DNA from: Candidatus Freyarchaeum deiterrae | Lineage (GTDB): Archaea > Asgardarchaeota > Jordiarchaeia > Jordiarchaeales > Jordiarchaeaceae | Assembly: GCA_037305845.1 (NCBI GenBank) | Contig: CP147778.1 | Coordinates: 96,001 to 160,000 of the forward strand | Reading direction: 5' to 3' | Length of the DNA: 64,000 bases | Shown here: positions 1 through 10,690 of the stretch, in pieces | How the letters are laid out: every line of letters starts with the position of its first letter | Position numbering within the stretch: the stretch's first letter is position 1 | Notes under the pieces: model-generated | What the model saw: the letters and a program-made list of their open reading frames with translations, nothing else | Database searches by the model: none | What the model was told of the DNA's origin: nothing | Position numbers and translations under genes: made by a program

Positions 1-77
1 TAAAAAACGAACTAGCTGACCTTGAAAGGGAAATAACCGAAGTAAACGAGAAGCAAATGCACCAAAGCTACGTGTGA
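1..77 (+). CDS. 3' end of an upstream gene (coiled-coil tail ...KNELADLEREITEVNEKQMHQSYV*)
   Basis: Open frame from base 3 to TGA at 75-77; heptad-like pattern; abuts next ORF. Confidence 0.5.
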   Translation, partial: KNELADLEREITEVNEKQMHQSYV

Positions 78-78
78 G

Positions 79-798
79 TTGAACAGAATGGTTGAAGTCC
101 ACGAAATAAGTGACGGAGTGTACTTATTCTCTCAGTACCTTAGAGAAAACAAAATCTCGGTAGCATCCTTTCTTATACTAGGCAAGATGCCGACCATCGT
201 AGAAACTGGAACCCCTTACGCGGCGAAAAATTTCCTGCCGGAGATAGAAAAAATAATTTCCCTTGAAAAAATCTCTTACATATTCGTAACCCATGAACAC
301 CTAGACCACATGGGCGGCTTACCCGAATACATATCCGAAGCAAACAATGCGAATACAGTTGCACATGAGAACATCAAAGCTCAACTCGGGTTCATGGGAG
401 TATTCGGAAAAATAATTCTGACAAAGGGAGGAGAAACAATCCCTATCGGCGAAAGAAAAATACAAATCATACATGCACCCATAGAAACCGCGGGAACAAT
501 AATATTCAACCTCCAGCCAGACGGAATACTCTTCTCCGGAGACTACTTCGGACAACTATCAAAAGAAGAATGGGTACTGCACCCCCGGTCACAGGAAGAA
601 CTCCTCGACAATATAACCGAACTCCACCAGGGACTCGGATATACCCAAGAAAACATAAGAACTTACCTTTCTCCACTTCTCAAAATCCCACTCAAAACAA
701 TAGCTCCGTCCCACGGCTCAATTATACAAGAGGACGTACAACAGGTCATAGAAAAAACAATAAAAACAAAACTAAACCCCAACAAAAATGAACCCTAA
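79..798 (+). CDS. Metallo-beta-lactamase-fold protein (FprA/ODP-like N-terminal domain, no flavodoxin domain)
   Basis: THEHLDH motif, LFSGD, IAPSHG. Confidence 0.8.
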   Translation: MNRMVEVHEISDGVYLFSQYLRENKISVASFLILGKMPTIVETGTPYAAKNFLPEIEKIISLEKISYIFVTHEHLDHMGGLPEYISEANNANTVAHENIKAQLGFMGVFGKIILTKGGETIPIGERKIQIIHAPIETAGTIIFNLQPDGILFSGDYFGQLSKEEWVLHPRSQEELLDNITELHQGLGYTQENIRTYLSPLLKIPLKTIAPSHGSIIQEDVQQVIEKTIKTKLNPNKNEP

Positions 799-1090
799 GG
801 GTAAAAATATTCCACACATAAAAATCCCACCCAACAACCCTCGCAAACCGTAACCAAAAAGTGTGATTATAGTAAAAGCAGGCCGCCGGCTAAAAATTAG
901 TTATTTTAATGATGTAATCTTAAAGTACCCAGGGAATTTCCTTCTTGTTTGAGCAAACACCATCCCAACTTTTTGCAAGGGTTTACTCACCTTACGTGGG
1001 AACATTTTAATAGGAAGTAATTCTTCTTAATAGAAAGTTAGGGAGTGGATGAGAAAAGTAAAGTAGAATGCTTAAAAAATCATTTATCAG

Positions 1091-1594
1091 GTGAGATATA
1101 TAGTGTCGCAAAAAGAGGTTGAAGAGCTGAAAACGATTCAGAGCATTGTTGACGAAATCCTTGCCGGAATAGAACCAATGAGAGTTAAACCAGATTCTTC
1201 CACTATTAAGCAGTACTGCGAAATGGTTGGTGATAATAATCCGGTTTATTTTGATGATGATAGTGCCAGAAGAGAGGGTTATCCAGGGGCCATTGTTCCT
1301 CAATCCTATCTTATGACATTATTCGTCCCTATTGTGAACGAGGTTTTTATAAAAGGGGCTGAGAAGCTTTTCACCGGCTTGATTAGAGGAGTTATACATT
1401 CAGGGTCAGAGGTGGTTTACGATAAGCCTCTAATGGTGGGGGAAACCTATGTTATGCATTTGGAGAGTGTGAGTCTCAATAAAAAGAGTGGAGATACAGG
1501 AGACTATTACGTGTGGACTTTTAGAGCCGTTGTTTCCAGCGAGGATGGAGAAGAACAGGCTTACGATAAGCATACTTTCTTCCTAAAGATATGA
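1091..1594 (+). CDS. MaoC/FAS1-like hotdog dehydratase subunit
   Basis: GDNNPVYFDD..A...GY motif, IHSGSE. Confidence 0.8.
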   Translation: MRYIVSQKEVEELKTIQSIVDEILAGIEPMRVKPDSSTIKQYCEMVGDNNPVYFDDDSARREGYPGAIVPQSYLMTLFVPIVNEVFIKGAEKLFTGLIRGVIHSGSEVVYDKPLMVGETYVMHLESVSLNKKSGDTGDYYVWTFRAVVSSEDGEEQAYDKHTFFLKI

Positions 1595-1615
1595 AAACCA
1601 GGGGAGCGACTAAGT

Positions 1616-2047
1616 TTGTTGAAAAGTGAAGAAAAGGTGAGATTTGAAAATATTCGCAAGGGGGATAAGGTTCCTCCGCTCAGAGTAAAAATGGATAAGA
1701 AAAACTACTTGAACTATTCCAAAATGATTAATGAGATAAATCCACTACACTTCGACGAGAACTACGCTAAAAGTCTAGGATTCCGAACCATAGTGGTAGC
1801 GGGGGTTTACACCTACTCTTTTCTTCCCAAGATGTTTACCAACTGGCTGCAAAACCCATGCTGTGTCAAGAGCCTGGAAATCAGATACAAATCTCCAATA
1901 TACGTAGAAGACGAAATAGTGAATAAAGGAGTGGTGAAACGAAAATATCACAAAAACGGAGAAAAAACAGTTGAATGCGAAGTCTGGGTGGAAAACCAAG
2001 AAGGAAAGAAAGTAACAGAGGGAAAGGCAAAAGTAATTATTCAATAA
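1616..2047 (+). CDS. MaoC-family (R)-enoyl-CoA hydratase/dehydratase
   Basis: INPLHFDENYAKSLGF hydratase motif; paired with upstream hotdog gene. Confidence 0.85.
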   Translation: MLKSEEKVRFENIRKGDKVPPLRVKMDKKNYLNYSKMINEINPLHFDENYAKSLGFRTIVVAGVYTYSFLPKMFTNWLQNPCCVKSLEIRYKSPIYVEDEIVNKGVVKRKYHKNGEKTVECEVWVENQEGKKVTEGKAKVIIQ

Positions 2048-2241
2048 AAAAAATGATGCACCTTATAACTAAGGTTTGTTGGCCTTTTTGAAGCTTTTTT
2101 TCTTTTACGGATATAGGGTGATTTTTCCTTCATTTTTTGGGAAAGCGTTTTGATATCCAACTGGCTGAAAATTGATTTAACAGCCATCATTAATGCGGAA
2201 ATAGTGCGCTCATATGCGGATATTTAGATAAAAACCTTTTT

Positions 2242-2871
2242 TCAACTATATGAAATTATAAACGGTAAAATTACTACCAAAAATACTCCAAAAGCACCGA
2301 CAATTGCCACCCATTTATTTGTTCCTGAAGTTTTTTCCTCTACATCCGCCAAGATATTATTCATTATATCAGTAGGTACATTCGCTCCTACTATCTCGTT
2401 AGCATCTTCTCTTGTAATAATACTACCCGAGCTTAGATTGAAACGAATACCCATAAAACGGAAGTGATATGAAGACAGAAATGTGCTTACTGAAAGTTCA
2501 AGAGCTATTACACTAGTTACGATTCCGAGTCTAGTTGCAGTTGAAAGATTGCTTAGGGATATATTAAATGATAACCCTCCAACAGCACTGAAAGTCTCAG
2601 ATGTTACCGTATTTGCAACAAACAAGTACAGGCTCAAAGTAATAAGTAATGTAATAACTACTAAATCACCTAAAACAATTGACCACTTTATTAACCGGCC
2701 TTTCCTTATTCTTTCACTCACTTCTTCACAAAGATTGTCTATTTCTTTTGTTTTTTTAGGCTCAATTTCTTTGAGAGCTTTTGCCCAACCGAATTGAGTG
2801 TAAGAAGAAGTCCTGCTCTTAGTTTTGCCTGAGTTCAAAGAATTCCTCCGATAAATTTGAATATAAAACAT
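2242..2871 (-). CDS. Hypothetical membrane protein (about 3 TM), AT-rich
   Basis: 209-aa ORF with three hydrophobic segments. Confidence 0.65.
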   Translation of the reverse strand: MFYIQIYRRNSLNSGKTKSRTSSYTQFGWAKALKEIEPKKTKEIDNLCEEVSERIRKGRLIKWSIVLGDLVVITLLITLSLYLFVANTVTSETFSAVGGLSFNISLSNLSTATRLGIVTSVIALELSVSTFLSSYHFRFMGIRFNLSSGSIITREDANEIVGANVPTDIMNNILADVEEKTSGTNKWVAIVGAFGVFLVVILPFIISYS

Positions 2872-2922
2872 TCAATTAATAAATATAATAAGTATTTAAA
2901 ACTTTTGTAAAATATGTAAATT

Positions 2923-3011
2923 GAAATGAAAATTATAGATTGCGAAATCTTAGTGACAACAGAGAAGGAAAGGAAGTAACCGAGGGAAAAGCAAAAGTAG
3001 TTTTACAATAA
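2923..3011 (+). pseudogene. 3' remnant of a MaoC-family gene
   Basis: Reads EMKIIDCEILV..REGKEVTEGKAKVVLQ* versus GEKTVECEVWVENQEGKKVTEGKAKVIIQ* at the end of 1616..2047; 1-nt frameshift. Confidence 0.8.
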
Positions 3012-3025
3012 TCAGACTTTTTGTA

Positions 3026-4087
3026 TTAATATTTTAGTTTTGAAACAACTTTTTCAGCGAAGGTTACGAGTTTAGGTAGTGTTCCCATCAATGTGAAAAC
3101 CTTAACTCCGCTCTTGATCAGTTCCCGAATCGCTTCGATATGTGCGTCTGGTGTTGACGGGATATCTGCGATAATTTGTTTGGCTTTTTCTTCGGGTATA
3201 TTCGCTAATTGTAATGCTGCGACGCGTTGCTTGATCTCTTGTTCTGTTGGGTCAAGCCAGATTGAATATGTTGCTCCTATTCGAATTTCTTTGGGGTTTC
3301 TGCCAGTTTTTTGGCATCCTTCCTTTATTTTGAGTTTATAGTTGGCTACTTTTTCGGGGGTTGGGTCGAATATGCAGTGAATTATGTCGGCGTAACGTGT
3401 TGCTATTTGGATGCTTTTATTTTGGAAAACTCCCGCAATTATGGAAACATGTTCCTGTATGGGACGCGGGCTGTTTAGAACATTTTCAACGGAGAAGATT
3501 TTGCCCTTGTATGTAGTGTACTCGTTCTGGAACATGGATTTAACTATGGCGAGGGTGTCATCAAAACCCTGTAGGCGTTCCTTGGTGGGAGGGAATCTGC
3601 CGTAAAAGGTTTTGAACTCGGCTTCACGCCAACAGGCTCCGAGTCCCATTACGAGTCTTCCTTTGCTTATAATGTCCAGGGTTGTTGCAATCTTCCCTAA
3701 GAGGGTTGGTGCTCGGTAAGCGTAGCAGGATACGAGGGGTCCCAAGTGTATTTTCTTAGTGACGGCTGCGAGAGCCCCTAGTAAAGTCCAGCATTCAAGA
3801 GGATTATTCTCTTCAATCTTGGGATTAATCGCATTCATAAAGTGGTCGGAGACCGTGAATAGGTCGATTCCGGCCTTTTCGGCTGCTAGACAGGTGTTTT
3901 TCATCGCCTCAAAATTAGCTCCTTCAGGTGTGAAGTTATAACCAAACCATACTTCTAATTTTGACTTCTCAGCTAGTTCAAGAGTCGTGTTAGGCAACTC
4001 TTTTTCTTTTACAGTGACCCCGCCAACTTCTATTTTTTCAGTCAACTCCTCGGTGGATTCTTTGATTTCCTTCTTTTCTACTTTCAT
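3026..4087 (-). CDS. LLM-class (luciferase-like, probably F420-dependent) oxidoreductase with acidic N-terminal extension
   Basis: SDHF, LECWTLLGALAAVT, YRAPTLLGKIATTLDIISKGR. Confidence 0.9.
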   Translation of the reverse strand: MKVEKKEIKESTEELTEKIEVGGVTVKEKELPNTTLELAEKSKLEVWFGYNFTPEGANFEAMKNTCLAAEKAGIDLFTVSDHFMNAINPKIEENNPLECWTLLGALAAVTKKIHLGPLVSCYAYRAPTLLGKIATTLDIISKGRLVMGLGACWREAEFKTFYGRFPPTKERLQGFDDTLAIVKSMFQNEYTTYKGKIFSVENVLNSPRPIQEHVSIIAGVFQNKSIQIATRYADIIHCIFDPTPEKVANYKLKIKEGCQKTGRNPKEIRIGATYSIWLDPTEQEIKQRVAALQLANIPEEKAKQIIADIPSTPDAHIEAIRELIKSGVKVFTLMGTLPKLVTFAEKVVSKLKY

Positions 4088-4326
4088 TTAATCTCTCCCG
4101 TGAACGATTGTTTGTATTTTTAAGCGAGTCATTAATAAATTTTTTTGTAATAATCTGTTTCAATTAAATAAAATTAAATGATTTTCATTTCTGAAAAGAG
4201 TTATATAGAGATAACGTCCAAATTAGGATTTTTTAGGGTACCATGTTAAGTAAGATTAGAGGGAGAAATCCAATGAATAAAAACAAGTAAAAATTATTGT
4301 GCGTAATATGCATTTTCGGAAAAGGG

Positions 4327-5283
4327 TTATTTTATTTTTGAGACAACTTTCTCGGCAAATGCTTTGAGTCTGGGCAAGGATCCCATTAATGTGAAGACCT
4401 GCACCCCATCATTGATTAGTTCTTGGATTGCTTCGATGTGGGCATCTGGTGTTACTGGAGCTTTTTCAACTATTTGTTTAGCTTCCTCTCGGGATATGCC
4501 CCCTGGTCGTGTTCTTATTGCGTTGAATTGTACTCTTGCTATTCTTTGGTTGATTTCTGCTTCTGTTGGATTCAGCCAGATAGTGTATGCGGCTCCTATT
4601 CGGATTTCTTCGGGGTTTCTACCTGTTTTTTGGCACCCCTCTTGTATAATGCGTTTGCGTTCATCTACTTGGCTTGGACTGGGATCAAAGAGGCCGTGAA
4701 TTATGTCAGCGTAGCGGGTAGCCACATGGATCATATTTTTCTGGAATGCTCCCACGAGTATTGGTACGTGTTCTTGAACTGGACGCGGGCTGTTTAGAGT
4801 ATTTTCAACGGAGAAGATTTTGCCCTTATACGTGGTGTACTCATTCTGGAACATCGAGTGAACAATGGCGAGGGTGTCTTTGAATCCCTGTAGGCGTTCT
4901 TTTGAGGGGGGAAATCTACCGTAAAAACCTTTGAACTCAGACTCATGCCAACCGGCACCGAGTCCAAACACCAGCCTCCCATTGCTTATTATATCCAACG
5001 TAGTAGCGATTTTCCCCAAGAGTGTAGGTGCCCTATAGGCGTAACAGGATACCAGAGTCCCTAGTCGTATCTTACGGGTCACCGCCGCGAGAGCCCCCAG
5101 CGAGGTCCAAGATTCAAGCGGGTGATTCTCTCTACCCACCGGATTGGCCATGTTCATGAAGTGATCCGTCACTGTGAATAGGTCGACCCCCGCCTTTTCT
5201 GCGGTTAAACATGCGTTCTTCAAGGTCTCAAAATTAACTCCTTCCGGGGGAAAATGATAACCAAACCATACATCTTTGCTCAT
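4327..5283 (-). CDS. LLM-class oxidoreductase, tandem paralog
   Basis: TDHF, ATTLDIISNGRLVFGLGAGW; near-identical core to 3026..4087. Confidence 0.9.
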   Translation of the reverse strand: MSKDVWFGYHFPPEGVNFETLKNACLTAEKAGVDLFTVTDHFMNMANPVGRENHPLESWTSLGALAAVTRKIRLGTLVSCYAYRAPTLLGKIATTLDIISNGRLVFGLGAGWHESEFKGFYGRFPPSKERLQGFKDTLAIVHSMFQNEYTTYKGKIFSVENTLNSPRPVQEHVPILVGAFQKNMIHVATRYADIIHGLFDPSPSQVDERKRIIQEGCQKTGRNPEEIRIGAAYTIWLNPTEAEINQRIARVQFNAIRTRPGGISREEAKQIVEKAPVTPDAHIEAIQELINDGVQVFTLMGSLPRLKAFAEKVVSKIK

Positions 5284-5451
5284 TTCTTATCCTAACTCCT
5301 CCACAAAAAGGCCGTTTATACCTACACATTCCCCGAAAGCGTAATTTAAGACTATTGGTGAACGGAAAAACAATAATCAATAAAAGATGGATTATGAAGA
5401 CATTTTGAATATTTCAATTATTAAAAAAAATAGTGAATGAAGAATTTCTTC

Positions 5452-5907
5452 CTATTCAAATTCGTATTTAACATCGCTTGCCACCAGGTATATGACTATC
5501 ACTAGACTGATTAGCGTAAAGAAGCTGAGTATTCCCAATATTATTGCGAGGTAGTATCCCCACTTCTTCATGAAGAACAAACCAAAAGCAGCAATCAACC
5601 ATACCGCTGCAACTATCAGAGCAACCGGAAGCAACCAAATCATGATATTAGCAAAAGATTGCGCGCCCATTATACTACTAATCAGAATCCAATATGCAAA
5701 GTTTAAAAGCAGACTAGCGTATTGCGGTGGAAACATGGAGATGTTGTTTAGAATATAGTAATATTCACTGACTGCAATACTGATTGAAACGCTTTGACTT
5801 GAGGAAGCGGAAGCTGCGATTACTACTCCCACTAAAATTCCAATTATCCCTACCAATAGGAAGACTACGGCTATAACGGTTACCCCAAGGGGTCTTTCAA
5901 CACTCAT
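5452..5907 (-). CDS. Small multi-pass membrane protein (ERPLGVT N-terminus)
   Basis: Hydrophobic ORF with RPLGVT start and GL..MKKWG motif; GGAGG RBS upstream. Confidence 0.75.
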   Translation of the reverse strand: MSVERPLGVTVIAVVFLLVGIIGILVGVVIAASASSSQSVSISIAVSEYYYILNNISMFPPQYASLLLNFAYWILISSIMGAQSFANIMIWLLPVALIVAAVWLIAAFGLFFMKKWGYYLAIILGILSFFTLISLVIVIYLVASDVKYEFE

Positions 5908-6088
5908 TAGATTTCCTCCATTGTAGATTCTAGCGAAAACAGGCGTCTCTTAAATATTAAAATGTTATTGAATGGAGATTCAAGTCGATAGGTGAGCGAA
6001 GAGTGATAATGTAGCTTCGTTCGATTCCGACTCTTTCAATATTTGACCTACAGTTTTCTATTTAGATGAGCATTACCTTTATTTTAGA

Positions 6089-6244
6089 CTAGAAGGGTTT
6101 CCAAACAAGGTATCCAGATACTATTAACAGGAGTATTATAACGCCAATCGCAGCTAGCGCACAGATTATTAATGCCGCTAACGAATCGAGTTGTTCCCTT
6201 CTTCTAAATCTGGTCAATTTTGATTCACTTTGATCGCCTTCCAT
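6089..6244 (-). CDS. Small 51-aa single-TM protein (MEGDQSESKLTRFRRREQLDSLAALIICALAAIGVIILLLIVSGYLVWKPF)
   Basis: Read from sequence (below ORF-track cutoff); GGTGA RBS 6 nt upstream of ATG. Confidence 0.6.
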   Translation of the reverse strand: MEGDQSESKLTRFRRREQLDSLAALIICALAAIGVIILLLIVSGYLVWKPF

Positions 6245-6549
6245 TTTTAATCACCGTACAATTCTAGTTTTAATCTCTTTATGGTTCATAAAACTGCTTT
6301 TATTTTATTATCTTCTATTTCTGTTTGATTTTAAAAAAGTTAAGATTCGAAACTCTGAAAAAAGTATTTTCACATTTATGATGACCTTATTCCATTAAAA
6401 ACTTTTGTTATTACATTGCAATCGCTCGGGCCGGGAGCTCTCCAGTTTTTACAATTTTTTATATTAAGGGTTACCTCTATAATAACCTTTAACGCTTAGA
6501 GAATCAGTACAATATGCAATAAGGAGTTCTACGGAATGGTGATGGTGTA

Positions 6550-7329
6550 ATGGAAGATTCCAAGTATCTTGAGGATTTGAAGATAAAATATGGGAAAGGT
6601 GCTCCTAGGCTTATGGAGCGCATGTATTTATACTTGTCTATTGCTTCAATAATTTCTATTCTTCCGATAATTGGGATAAGTTATTTTCTTCTTGAAGTTT
6701 TTCCAATTAATATTCCTTGGTTTTTGATTGTGTCTCTGGCTCCGGTTTATGTTGTTCTTGCGCGGTGGGTTTTCAACTGTGTTCTGCTTTTGTTTGCTAG
6801 ATTTTCTATTAAACCGGTTGAGGAGGGGAGGTATGAAATGGATGTGAAAAACAAGAATGTTAGAAACTGGTTGATTAACGGAGTGGTCACGAGGCTTGCT
6901 ATTAACTACTTTGGTTCTAAGCCTTTCGGTATGCCCGGTCTGGGTACATACGTTCTAAAAATGCTTAAAGCCAAAATGGGCTATGGGACACAGGCATTCA
7001 ATGTCAGTGACCCTTATCTTGTAGAGTTCGGAGACGGAGCTGTAGCGGGTGTCGGCTCCCTAGTTATTAGCCACGCTTTCGCGGAAGGCAAACTAATGAT
7101 AGGGAAGATTAAAATTGGGAGAAACGTAACCGTCGGAGTGAGCTCGGTAATATTTCCAGGAGTGGAGATAGGAGACAATAGTATAGTTGCACCCCTCTCC
7201 ACAGTTTATAGCAAAACACGGATTCCTCCAAATCAATTCTGGGCAGGAAACCCAGCCCAGCAAGTGGGAATAGTAACCAAGGATGGAAATATAAAAACAC
7301 GGAAGAAAGCAGAGAAAGAGCTAACCTAA
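6550..7329 (+). CDS. Membrane-anchored hexapeptide-repeat (LbH) acyltransferase-like protein
   Basis: Two N-terminal TM helices; IKIGRNVTVG/VEIGDNSIV repeats; WAGNPA. Confidence 0.8.
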   Translation: MEDSKYLEDLKIKYGKGAPRLMERMYLYLSIASIISILPIIGISYFLLEVFPINIPWFLIVSLAPVYVVLARWVFNCVLLLFARFSIKPVEEGRYEMDVKNKNVRNWLINGVVTRLAINYFGSKPFGMPGLGTYVLKMLKAKMGYGTQAFNVSDPYLVEFGDGAVAGVGSLVISHAFAEGKLMIGKIKIGRNVTVGVSSVIFPGVEIGDNSIVAPLSTVYSKTRIPPNQFWAGNPAQQVGIVTKDGNIKTRKKAEKELT

Positions 7330-7397
7330 CCATCAACTAGGATTGAAAAACCCCTTCTCCTCCAATCAACTATTGAGTATAAACAGGAATGCAAATT

Positions 7398-7724
7398 TCA
7401 TTTCTTTTTTAATTCATTACCTAGCCAGTCCAGATATTCTTTGCTACCGCTAATAATGGGAATAGTGATTATCTCTGGCGTTTCATAAGGGTGTATCTTT
7501 CTAATAGTCGTCTCAAGCTCGCCATAAAGGGATTTTTTACTCTTAATGAAACATATCCACTCTTCCGCAGTCTCTATATTGTTCTTCCACCAATAGGTAC
7601 TAACTACGGGTCCCAATATCTGGACACACCCTGCCAGCCTCTTCTCCACCAGCGCTTTTGCAATGTTATCAGCGTCCTCTTTTTTCGCAGTGGTCGTAAA
7701 AACTTGGATAAATTCTTCCAACAT
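7398..7724 (-). CDS. cutA: Divalent-cation tolerance protein CutA
   Basis: LVEKRLAGCVQI, STYWW, HPYETPEI. Confidence 0.95.
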   Translation of the reverse strand: MLEEFIQVFTTTAKKEDADNIAKALVEKRLAGCVQILGPVVSTYWWKNNIETAEEWICFIKSKKSLYGELETTIRKIHPYETPEIITIPIISGSKEYLDWLGNELKKK

Positions 7725-7938
7725 GAATCATCTCCTATTCGAAACCTACCTGTTCTAAGTTTTAAAAAGTAATAATATAATCTTTGCCCCAGCCCAGTAT
7801 GTAAACCGGTTTCCTTTCAATCCTGTATTGTCCTAAACCTAATTGAAATCAATTAATTACCGTTATATAGAAAATAAGTCCACAAAAGTGGAGAATAGTT
7901 CGGTTCTAAATGAAGCATTAGATGTACGTTTTATTCCT

Positions 7939-9390
7939 TCATTTTCTTTTTTTTGGGTTTGTTCTTTTTTTATACTCGTACATTTTGGATAATACTTGTG
8001 CCGCGGTTTCCAGTGTGGAGTAGGCGGACACTCTGTTTTCTATAACCTTCTTTAGTGTTGAGGAGTCTGTGGTAACGGTCACCGACACGATGGGTTTATG
8101 GTACTTATCCACTAGGGCTCTTACTTCATCCACAATTACTTTGTTACTAGCTTCTGACCACAATTTGCTCTCTTCCCCTTCTTCTCTGCCTAAAAGTTTG
8201 AATAGGGATGAACCGATATTGCTGGTCAAAATGAATCCTGAGGCAATAGCCATGTCTATGTTCTCCGCTTTCACTACCTCTTCCAAAATTTTTGGTTGAA
8301 CATCTCTGTTTAACAGTCCTACGAGGTCCACCGGGTTGCCTTTGCTCCAGTAGGAGGGAAGAAATTGGTCTATACTCTTAATGGTTTCCGGGGTTAGGGC
8401 GGGTACCTCCAAACCAGCTAATTCGCAGGAGTCCGAGGCGACGACTCCGTATCCCCCGCCCCAGGTTATTATTCCCACCCTGTTTCCTTCGGGCAAGGGT
8501 AGGTACAGGAAGCCTAAGGCGAGGTCCAACATTTCATTTATAGTGGATGCTCTTATTGCTCCTGACTGTTTTATAGCGGCTTCAAATATTTTCGTTGACC
8601 CTGCTAGTGCTCCGCTGTGTGATTTCGCGGCGATCGCTCCGGCCTTTGACACACCAGACTTGTAAATGATGACCGGCTTTTCCTCGGTGATTCTCTTTAC
8701 TGTATCTATGAATTTCCGGCCTTGACGTATACCCTCCGTATATAGGAGTATTACTTTTGATGCGGGGTCTTGGGCGAAGTATTCCATATAATCTAGGATC
8801 GTGATGTCCGCTTCGTTTCCGCTACTGACGAACTTGTCGAAGCCTATTCCCTGAGCGCTGCCGAATGCCAGCAGATTAGTGCCTATGTTTCCACTCTGAG
8901 AAATGAGGGACACCTCACCAGGCTTAGGAAGAATGGGGGGCATCAGAGCGGATAAGCTAGCTTTACCACTGTAAATACCCATAGTGTTGGGTCCCACAAG
9001 CAGCATTCCACCCTTACGGGCGATTGCAGCTATCTCTTTCTCATGTTTTTCTCCTTCCTCTCCGGTCTCTTTGAAGCCTCCAGAGATAACTATTGTAGAT
9101 TTTACGTTGCTCTCTACACACTCTTCAATGTGTTCTGGAACCGTCTCAGCGGGCCTTGCAATGTCAACTAGGTCCACTTCTTCCGGTACGTCTCGGATGC
9201 GGGGGTAAGTCTTTAAGTCCCAAACTTTTTCCTCGTTGGGAGTAATGGGGTAAACTCTACCCTTGTAACCATTAGCCAAAATATTGGCGACTATTAAATT
9301 TCCATATTTGAAAGGATTATTCGTGGCTCCTATTAAAGCAACAGATTTGGGCTCAAAGATTGGACTAAGATCTCTAACGGTTTTACTCAT
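7939..9390 (-). CDS. acdA: ADP-forming acyl-CoA synthetase (acetate--CoA ligase) alpha subunit
   Basis: PKSVALIGA, GPNTMG, SQSG, SHSGALAG (phospho-His), NPVDL. Confidence 0.9.
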   Translation of the reverse strand: MSKTVRDLSPIFEPKSVALIGATNNPFKYGNLIVANILANGYKGRVYPITPNEEKVWDLKTYPRIRDVPEEVDLVDIARPAETVPEHIEECVESNVKSTIVISGGFKETGEEGEKHEKEIAAIARKGGMLLVGPNTMGIYSGKASLSALMPPILPKPGEVSLISQSGNIGTNLLAFGSAQGIGFDKFVSSGNEADITILDYMEYFAQDPASKVILLYTEGIRQGRKFIDTVKRITEEKPVIIYKSGVSKAGAIAAKSHSGALAGSTKIFEAAIKQSGAIRASTINEMLDLALGFLYLPLPEGNRVGIITWGGGYGVVASDSCELAGLEVPALTPETIKSIDQFLPSYWSKGNPVDLVGLLNRDVQPKILEEVVKAENIDMAIASGFILTSNIGSSLFKLLGREEGEESKLWSEASNKVIVDEVRALVDKYHKPIVSVTVTTDSSTLKKVIENRVSAYSTLETAAQVLSKMYEYKKRTNPKKRK

Positions 9391-9615
9391 AGAAATTCAC
9401 CATTTAATACATAATTTTTGCCGTGGGAAAACAGTAATAACTCAGTTATTTCGAGTAGCGGGGAGCAGTAATTAAATCTTTAGTGTCCTTTAGCTCCTAT
9501 GCTCAGATACTTTTTAAACAGAAGAGAGGTTAAAATCAAAAAAAGGTAATTTAGGATAATGCCGTTTTTGGTTTCACGGAGGATTTTTTTGAAATCTTCT
9601 CTCTTGCATGAATGG

Positions 9616-10317
9616 TTAGATCATATATATTCTGTTTATGCAATGTGATTTATCGAGTTCTAAGAGGTCATAGTCACAATCGTAACCTGTGGATAGTTTA
9701 AAAAGCTGGCATACGAATTGAGCATTAACGCATTTCAGTCCGCCGTCTGAACGTTTTAAAAAGCCCTTATCTTTTGAAGATTGGCATGCATCAATAAAGT
9801 AACACTTCCATAGTACGTCTATAGTTCCATCTTTGTTCTGTTTATATCCTACTTCCTGGTGAGCAATTTTCATAGCAACTGTGGCCTGACGGTACTGGGA
9901 TATAACACCCTCCGCATCAACTTTCCTTTCTGCACTGCCTAGGCTTTTTGACATGCTTCTAGTAGCACCATTTGTACCAACCCGAAGCCCTGCTGCATTT
10001 TGGCCCTCCAATAAGTTTCCCACCTCCATGCCGGCATAAACTATGGCATTGGCTGGAACGGGATATTTGTTGGATATTGAGACTAGGTATTCAGTCAACT
10101 GGCTTACATCTTTAATACCTTCGGGTGGTTTTTCTCCGATTTTTTTGGATGCAAAATTTATAACAGACTTTATGAATAGGGTTGTGTATATAGGTCCGTA
10201 AAATTTTTCGGATTCTTTAATCCCTATCATGCATGCTTCTACGAGGGCTCTGGAGTCAGGAATTTTCTGTGGAACCTTTTCAAACATTTTAAAATCAGAA
10301 ATTTTAAGTTCCGTCAC
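9616..10317 (-). CDS. Uncharacterised Cys-rich V4R/MetOD-like protein, subtype A (copy 1)
   Basis: Paralog of 30957..31673; WKCY..ACQ, LKC...VCQLFK, C..RIY. Confidence 0.75.
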   Translation of the reverse strand: MTELKISDFKMFEKVPQKIPDSRALVEACMIGIKESEKFYGPIYTTLFIKSVINFASKKIGEKPPEGIKDVSQLTEYLVSISNKYPVPANAIVYAGMEVGNLLEGQNAAGLRVGTNGATRSMSKSLGSAERKVDAEGVISQYRQATVAMKIAHQEVGYKQNKDGTIDVLWKCYFIDACQSSKDKGFLKRSDGGLKCVNAQFVCQLFKLSTGYDCDYDLLELDKSHCINRIYMI

Positions 10318-10690
10318 TCTCTAACACCTCGCTTACTACCATTATATATGTGATAATATATGAACGCCTTAGTATAAAAAAATTATCGAGATTTTATTAA
10401 TTATGAAAACGAATTAATTTTCATTAAAATATCAGTTTATAATCCCAATTTTTTAATGTTTCATTATTTTGGAAGGTTACATTTACGAGAAGCAATTTTT
10501 TTCTTAAAATTTTTAACCAAAATGGAAACCTGATGAATTAAGCATATTGCTACAAAAAATGCATTTAGTTAATACTCCCAAAGCATGTTGTTCTATAATG
10601 GGAATTTGGGCACTCAAAAAATATGGGGGGGTTCAAGGAGTTTGGATAGATGTGGGTATTTGAAACTGGACTCGTTTTAAATAAGAATTT

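Noticed and set aside
6010-6040. tRNA T-loop-like GTTCGATTCC
   Set aside because: T-stem does not pair and no cloverleaf can be built.
6428-6445. GGGCCGGGAGCTC resembling an archaeal tRNA 5' end
   Set aside because: Only about 13 nt match and the rest of the tRNA is absent.
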